Shown here: one piece after another, positions 20,504-25,282 of the stretch
How the letters are laid out: the number at the start of each line of letters is the position of its first letter
How positions within the stretch are numbered: position 1 is the first letter of the stretch
From: Fidelibacterota bacterium
Lineage (GTDB): Bacteria > Fidelibacterota > Marinisomatia > Marinisomatales > S15-B10
Direction: 5' to 3'
NCBI GenBank assembly: GCA_046861655.1
Contig: JBHIAI010000012.1
Coordinates: forward strand, 1-25,282
Length of the DNA: 25,282 nucleotides
Made by a program: the position numbers and the translations under genes
Notes under the pieces: model-generated
Seen by the model: the letters and a program-made list of their open reading frames with translations, nothing else
What the model was told of the DNA's origin: nothing
The model's database searches: none

Positions 20504-21166
20504 CTACCGGGTGCCGTCACCGTCCGGAGGCGATGAGGCTCGAAGGGTTGGGTGGTACTCCTCCAGATCGAGAAAATGCCCCAGACGGTCCCGCTTGGCC
20601 CGCAGGTACTGGTGATTCTCGAGGTTTGGATCAACCTCGATGGGGACGCGCTCCACCACTCCCACGGATGAACCGTCAAATTCCGACAGTTTCCGCGGAT
20701 TGTTGGTGAGGAGCCGGACGGATTTCACCCCCAGATCCTTCAAGATAGCCAACGCCCCCTTGTAGTCCCTGTGATCCGGCCCGAATCCCAGCTCCAGGTT
20801 CGCCTCCACCGTGTCCATTCCCTGATCCTGAAGTTCATAGGCTCTCAATTTCTCCATCAGTCCGATACCCCGTCCTTCCTGTTTGAGGTAGATGAGGACT
20901 CCCAATCCTTCATCTTGAATGGCTTTCATGGCTTTCCGGAGCTGTTCCCCGCAATCGCATCGCATCGAACCGAACACATCCCCCGTGAGGCACTCGGAAT
21001 GGATTCTGACCAGAACCGAGGCGGCGTTGCGAACCGAACCTTTCACCAGGGCCACGTGTTTCAGGCCTTGTTTCTCATCCTCATAGGCCAGGAGCTTGAA
21101 CTCTCCCAGATGGGTGGGGAGCCTCGTGGTCGCACGTTTTTTCACCATCGCACCGTGTTCCCCCAT
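20504..21166 (-). CDS. ribA: GTP cyclohydrolase II
   Basis: LPT..G.F, HVALVKG, VRIHSECLTGDVFGSMRCDCGEQL, QEGRGIGL, AYELQDQG.DTVEAN, LLTNNPRK, YLRAK..LGH. Start at ATG 21166 or 21148. Confidence 0.93.
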   Translation of the reverse strand: MGEHGAMVKKRATTRLPTHLGEFKLLAYEDEKQGLKHVALVKGSVRNAASVLVRIHSECLTGDVFGSMRCDCGEQLRKAMKAIQDEGLGVLIYLKQEGRGIGLMEKLRAYELQDQGMDTVEANLELGFGPDHRDYKGALAILKDLGVKSVRLLTNNPRKLSEFDGSSVGVVERVPIEVDPNLENHQYLRAKRDRLGHFLDLEEYHPTLRASSPPDGDGTR

Positions 21167-21304
21167 GTCGTTGGCACTCTTCGCCGGGATTGGTATCCCG
21201 TGACGAAGTTGCTGAAAAGAAATGTAAGATGAACCCTGAGTTTGTGCAATGCCAAAGAAAATCAACCCTGCCATTCTCACGACGTTAAGTGTAAATTGGA
21301 ACTC

Positions 21305-22261
21305 ATGGTACCAGCTATCCAGGTAATGGACCTCAGGAAGACGTACCGCAGTGGGGATTCGAAAGAGAATACGGTGGCTCTACGCGGTATCGACATCACC
21401 ATTGAACCCGGGGAATTCTACGGGCTCTTAGGACCCAACGGTGCGGGCAAAACCACCACCATCGGCATCATTACGGGCCTGGTCAAACTTGAGTCCGGAT
21501 CGGTTTCCGTATTTGGAAAGGACATTGTTAAAGACTACCGGTTCACCCGGTCCCGGATCGGGGTTTCCCCCCAGGAATTCACGTCCGACTGGTTTTTCTC
21601 CATCGAGCGACTCCTGACCTTCCAGGCCGGCTACTACGGTATCCCCACCAGACAGGCCCGTCCCAGGATCGACGAGCTTCTCCACCAGTTCGGGCTGGAG
21701 GACAAACGGAACATGAAAATGCGCCAGCTGTCTGGCGGGATGAAACGGCGGTTCCAGATTACCAAAGCACTGGTGAACGATCCTGATATCCTCATTCTGG
21801 ATGAACCCACTGCAGGGGTGGACGTAGAGCTTCGCCGGATGCTATGGGACTACCTCAGGACCCTGCACCAAGATGGCAAAACTATCCTGCTCACCACCCA
21901 TTACATAGAGGAAGCAGAACTCCTGTGCCAACGGGCGGGCATCATCAACGATGGGAAGATCGTGGCAGAAGGGTCACCGTCGGAGTTGATCAAATCCCTG
22001 GGAAAAGAATGCATCGAAGTTCATCTCTCCGGGTGGGACCCCGGCTATGAAAAACACCTTCAGGAATTCACCTTCGCTTATACACCCGATTCGGGTGGGG
22101 GCCGGCTGGTATTCAGCGTGGAGAGTCCTGAGAAGGAACTATCAAAAATAGTAGAATCCCTCTCCTTCGATGGAATCCACATTCACGAGGTGAAAATCAC
22201 CAAATCCACTCTCGAGGACGTGTTCATGGCCCTGACCGGACGAAGGATTGAGGAGACGTGA
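21305..22261 (+). CDS. ABC-2 type exporter ATP-binding protein (YadG-like)
   Basis: Walker A GPNGAGKT, LSGGMKRR, ILILDEPTAGVD, TTHY. ATG 21305 lies 7 nt after TAAATT. Confidence 0.92.
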   Translation: MVPAIQVMDLRKTYRSGDSKENTVALRGIDITIEPGEFYGLLGPNGAGKTTTIGIITGLVKLESGSVSVFGKDIVKDYRFTRSRIGVSPQEFTSDWFFSIERLLTFQAGYYGIPTRQARPRIDELLHQFGLEDKRNMKMRQLSGGMKRRFQITKALVNDPDILILDEPTAGVDVELRRMLWDYLRTLHQDGKTILLTTHYIEEAELLCQRAGIINDGKIVAEGSPSELIKSLGKECIEVHLSGWDPGYEKHLQEFTFAYTPDSGGGRLVFSVESPEKELSKIVESLSFDGIHIHEVKITKSTLEDVFMALTGRRIEET

Positions 22262-23058
22262 GTGTCGTAAGACGCCAACGTATTAAAGCCTCAAACACAA
22301 ACTGGATTGGATTTCGCACCCTGGTCATCAGGGAAATCACCCGGTTTCTCGCCGTTTACCGGCAGACGGTGATACCGGGTCTTGTAACGTCCGCCCTGTA
22401 CATCATCATTTTTGGGCTGACTCTCCAGCGTCGCATCTCAGCCATTGACGGGGTTCCCTACACGATCTACATCCTTCCGGGCCTGGTGATGATGAACGTG
22501 ATCACCAACGCGTATTCAAATACCGCCTCCAGTATTCTTCAGATGAAATTGCTTCAACAGCTCCAGGATATCCTCATTACACCCTTAAGCAACACTGAAC
22601 TGTCCTTATCCTTCATCATCGGTGGGGCGGTCCGCGGATTCATCAACGGTTTGCTGGTTCTGCTTCTGGGAATTCTCATCGTGGGCATGCCCGTAGAACA
22701 CGTGGGGTACGTGTTCCTGTTTGTCGTTCTGGTCTCCTGGGCTTTTTCCAGCGCCGGCCTCATCCTGGGGATTATGGCCGAGAGCTGGGACAACATCGCC
22801 ACCATGGTCAATTTCCTGATCATGCCGCTCATCTTCCTGGGTGGCGTGTTCTATTCCATCCAGATGCTTCCGGGATTCTGGCAAACCCTTTCGCTCCTCA
22901 ATCCCATCTACCATGTGATCAACGGACTCCGGTATTCGGTTCTTGGAGTCGGTGATTCTCCCTTCTGGGTCTCGGTGGGGGCGGCCCTGGCCATGACGGC
23001 CCTGTTTACAGCCATCGGGGTTGCCATGTTTGCCAGGGGATACAAGATCAAGACATAG
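22258..23058 (+). CDS. ABC-2 type transporter permease (YadH-like)
   Basis: REITRF, ILPGLVMM, PLIFLGGVFY, NPIYHVINGLRY; about six TM segments; overlaps the ATPase stop. Confidence 0.92.
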   Translation: MSVVRRQRIKASNTNWIGFRTLVIREITRFLAVYRQTVIPGLVTSALYIIIFGLTLQRRISAIDGVPYTIYILPGLVMMNVITNAYSNTASSILQMKLLQQLQDILITPLSNTELSLSFIIGGAVRGFINGLLVLLLGILIVGMPVEHVGYVFLFVVLVSWAFSSAGLILGIMAESWDNIATMVNFLIMPLIFLGGVFYSIQMLPGFWQTLSLLNPIYHVINGLRYSVLGVGDSPFWVSVGAALAMTALFTAIGVAMFARGYKIKT

Positions 23059-23071
23059 GAGAGATCCTCCG

Positions 23072-23817
23072 GTGGGAAACCCGGTCTTTCCGGTCAAAAG
23101 GTTCCGATTCTTGATCGGGATAATCATGTGCGTGACAGTTTCGGTCACCCTGGGCCGCTCCGCCGGAGACGAAGGACCCACCTGGACTCACTACGGCCGG
23201 GCGGGGCCCAACTCGACGACTGGGGAGCTCTGGGCTACTATCGCATCAAAAGGGTCCACAGGAACACGTTCTATGATCTGAGGATCCTGGGAGTCCTTAT
23301 CCCGGAAAAAACCCTGGCCATCCTGCGCTATAAGAACAGCCGCAAGTTCGAATCCCTCCCCCGGTTCTACCAGTTCAGTGTGATATCCCTGAGGCACAGT
23401 TCCACCTCCGATCTGACCATACGTTACCACTACAATCAAGGGGTGGGCGCGTTCCTGTTCAATGTTCCCTCCACCCATATGACCACAGAAGCGGGATTCT
23501 CCTACGATATGTCGGACTACCTGAACAGCACCCGGAAGACATCCTACCTGAAAGGAGGGGTGTTCTGGGATATCGATTGGGGAGACACCCGGCTGGCCCT
23601 CGATCTGGAGTACTTTCAACAGATCAGTGAAATTGTGCCTGGCACCGATGAACTTACCCGGTACGAATTGTCTGCGGAAATCAATATCCCCATCGTTCGT
23701 ACCGCCAGGGTAACGTTGGGGTATGAAGAGGAGTTTTACCGGTTCAGTGACCTGCGAAACGTCAGGTCCATCTATCTTGCTCTGGGGTTCAAGCACGCGC
23801 TACCCATCTCCCTGTAG
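23072..23817 (+). pseudogene. Outer-membrane beta-barrel-like protein (DUF481-like) split by a single-base frameshift near 23203-23206
   Basis: SD AGGAGA plus GTG 23072 give a signal-peptide-like N-terminus (..RFRFLIGIIMCVTVSVTLG..THYGRAG). The body (AQLDDWGALGYY..) is in another frame. One extra G in GGGG would fuse them. Confidence 0.55.
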
Positions 23818-23866
23818 CCCGGATAATCCCATGGTTGTGCCGTCTCATCCGCACAGTTAACTTTCC

Positions 23867-25282
23867 ATGAGGCCCATGGTCAGACTTGCCTTATCCATGC
23901 TTTTCACGGGTTTCTTCCTTCCCCTGTCCAGCCAGAATGCCGACACGCCCATCACCGCAAAGAGGGAACGGTTACTGATCCTTCCCGCCAGCTGGCAAGC
24001 AACCGGTGAGCTTCAGTCGGTGGCTAACGAAGCCGTGGGCATCGTCAGCGATGTGGCTACCTCCTTGGGCCGGTTCGACGTGATTGACCGAACGGACCTG
24101 GAGGAGATCCTGCGAGAACAGGCTCTTCAGCTCACGGGGCTCATCGACGATTCCACGGTGGTTGAGGTGGGACACATCGCCTCTGCCCATGAGGCGGTCA
24201 TTGTCGATGTTCTCAACTTTCACCAGCAGGGCGTCCCTCCGGAAGAAGATGAGAAAAACGAGGAAGAAGAAGACGAGGGAAGCCTCTTTGGCCGGGTAGT
24301 TCTGGCCCTGGTGAAGGGAATGGTTGACCGGGAGCATCCCCCCTCTGAGCAGCGGGAACAAGACCCCTATCCCCACAACATCCAGACTACCCTGTCTGTC
24401 CGGGTAAAACAGGTGGAGGTGGAAACGGGAAGAACACTCAACTCCTTCACTTCTACCTCGGTCCACACCGGAGGAACCCGGGGATATTCCCGGTCCAGGG
24501 TGATGGAAGAATTCAGACAGCGGGCGCTCACCGAAATCAAGGGGTTCTACCTCCTGACGTCCCAGGTTATCTCGGTGACCGGGGGTGAGGTGCTCCTGTT
24601 TCTCGGTTCCACTGTGGGCGTTCGTCCCGGCACCCTGTTTGAGATTGTCCAGCCGGATCGTGTGACGTCCTTCAGGGGCCGTGACATCGTCGTCCCCGGT
24701 CGCCGGGTCGGCGTGGTTGAGGTCCGGGAGTCCTCCACAGAAGCCAATCGGTCCGTCATCCTGAGAAACTGGCTCCCCGTTGAAGCAGGCCACAAAGCCT
24801 TGGAGTACACCCGTATGCCCCTCGCCTTTGAACTGCGCTATTTCCCTGCCGCTGATTCGCCGTTCGCCGGTCTTCAGGGAGGAGTGATCCTGCGGCCTTT
24901 CCATTTCAACTCCCTGGGCGGAGAGGTTCGCCTGGGGACCGTGACGGATACGTACGGTGACTCCGATTTCGTGATCGGAATGGGGGCCTCCGGCACCCGG
25001 AGATTGCTGCGGTTTCCCCGCCTGTCACTGGCGGGCTCGGTCAAACTCCATTTCGATTTCGCCCTGCGACCCGACGACGGCCATCAGACCGTCGTGACGG
25101 CTCTTTTTTCCGCCACCCCCCAGCTGGGCATGGAATTCCTTCTGTCAGAGGCCCGGGATCTGACCGTGGCCCTGGGATACAGACTGAGCACAAAGTCTTC
25201 CCACTGGACATATTCCGAGCAAACTGATGAAGGAAAACCCAGACAGGTGGACGCGTACTGGAAGGGACAGCCGCCCGAGGTG
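23867..25282 (+). CDS. Exported protein, CsgG/FlgT-like N-terminal domain plus probable C-terminal beta-barrel; truncated by the window edge
   Basis: Hand-translated and open to the end: MRPMVRLALSMLFTGFFLPLSS..RFDVIDRTDLEEILREQALQLTGLIDD..VEVETG..LGSTVGVRPGTLFEI..; absent from the ORF track because it has no stop in the window. Confidence 0.7.
   Translation, partial: MRPMVRLALSMLFTGFFLPLSSQNADTPITAKRERLLILPASWQATGELQSVANEAVGIVSDVATSLGRFDVIDRTDLEEILREQALQLTGLIDDSTVVEVGHIASAHEAVIVDVLNFHQQGVPPEEDEKNEEEEDEGSLFGRVVLALVKGMVDREHPPSEQREQDPYPHNIQTTLSVRVKQVEVETGRTLNSFTSTSVHTGGTRGYSRSRVMEEFRQRALTEIKGFYLLTSQVISVTGGEVLLFLGSTVGVRPGTLFEIVQPDRVTSFRGRDIVVPGRRVGVVEVRESSTEANRSVILRNWLPVEAGHKALEYTRMPLAFELRYFPAADSPFAGLQGGVILRPFHFNSLGGEVRLGTVTDTYGDSDFVIGMGASGTRRLLRFPRLSLAGSVKLHFDFALRPDDGHQTVVTALFSATPQLGMEFLLSEARDLTVALGYRLSTKSSHWTYSEQTDEGKPRQVDAYWKGQPPEV

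Noticed and set aside
11676..21166. IS, integrase or prophage-mediated island
   Set aside because: No transposase, integrase, tRNA target or clear direct repeats seen; only the heptamer arrays mark the left boundary.
21167..21304. FMN riboswitch upstream of ribA
   Set aside because: No recognisable RFN conserved blocks; the gap is short and looks like a divergent promoter region.
23972..24904. 310-aa minus-strand ORF and the many other antisense or overlapping track ORFs (e.g. 7700-8500, 17500-18273, 18810-19598, 14597-15346)
   Set aside because: Shadow ORFs of well-supported genes in GC-rich DNA, with no recognisable motifs.

Overview
This is a gene-dense bacterial window. Signal peptides, lipoproteins and beta-barrel-like proteins suggest a diderm; the lineage cannot be fixed from sequence alone. 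The left part (159-11675, all + strand) holds a TPR/SLH lipoprotein, a YghO/bCerS-like double-GNAT acyltransferase, a four-helix-bundle (23S-IVP/TIGR02436-like) gene, an extended SDR (CerR-like), a class V PLP enzyme, ligA, several envelope hypotheticals and a ROK kinase. The middle part (11943-21166) is two convergent operons forming one apparent cryptic pathway: CDP-alcohol phosphotransferase, LTA-synthase/sulfatase-like protein, three SAM methyltransferases, GT4, a divergent QueD/PTPS with an ATC start, an MDR dehydrogenase, a reductase-only RibD and GTP cyclohydrolase II. The right part holds an ABC-2 exporter pair, a frameshifted beta-barrel gene and a CsgG/FlgT-like ORF running off the window. 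The most striking non-coding signal is a set of 7-nt-period arrays. Inverted TAATNCG/CGNATTA arrays enclose the four-helix-bundle gene, an 11-unit orphan copy lies 9 kb away, and two further heptamer families occupy other intergenic gaps. All functional calls are from motif recognition; no database searches were run.
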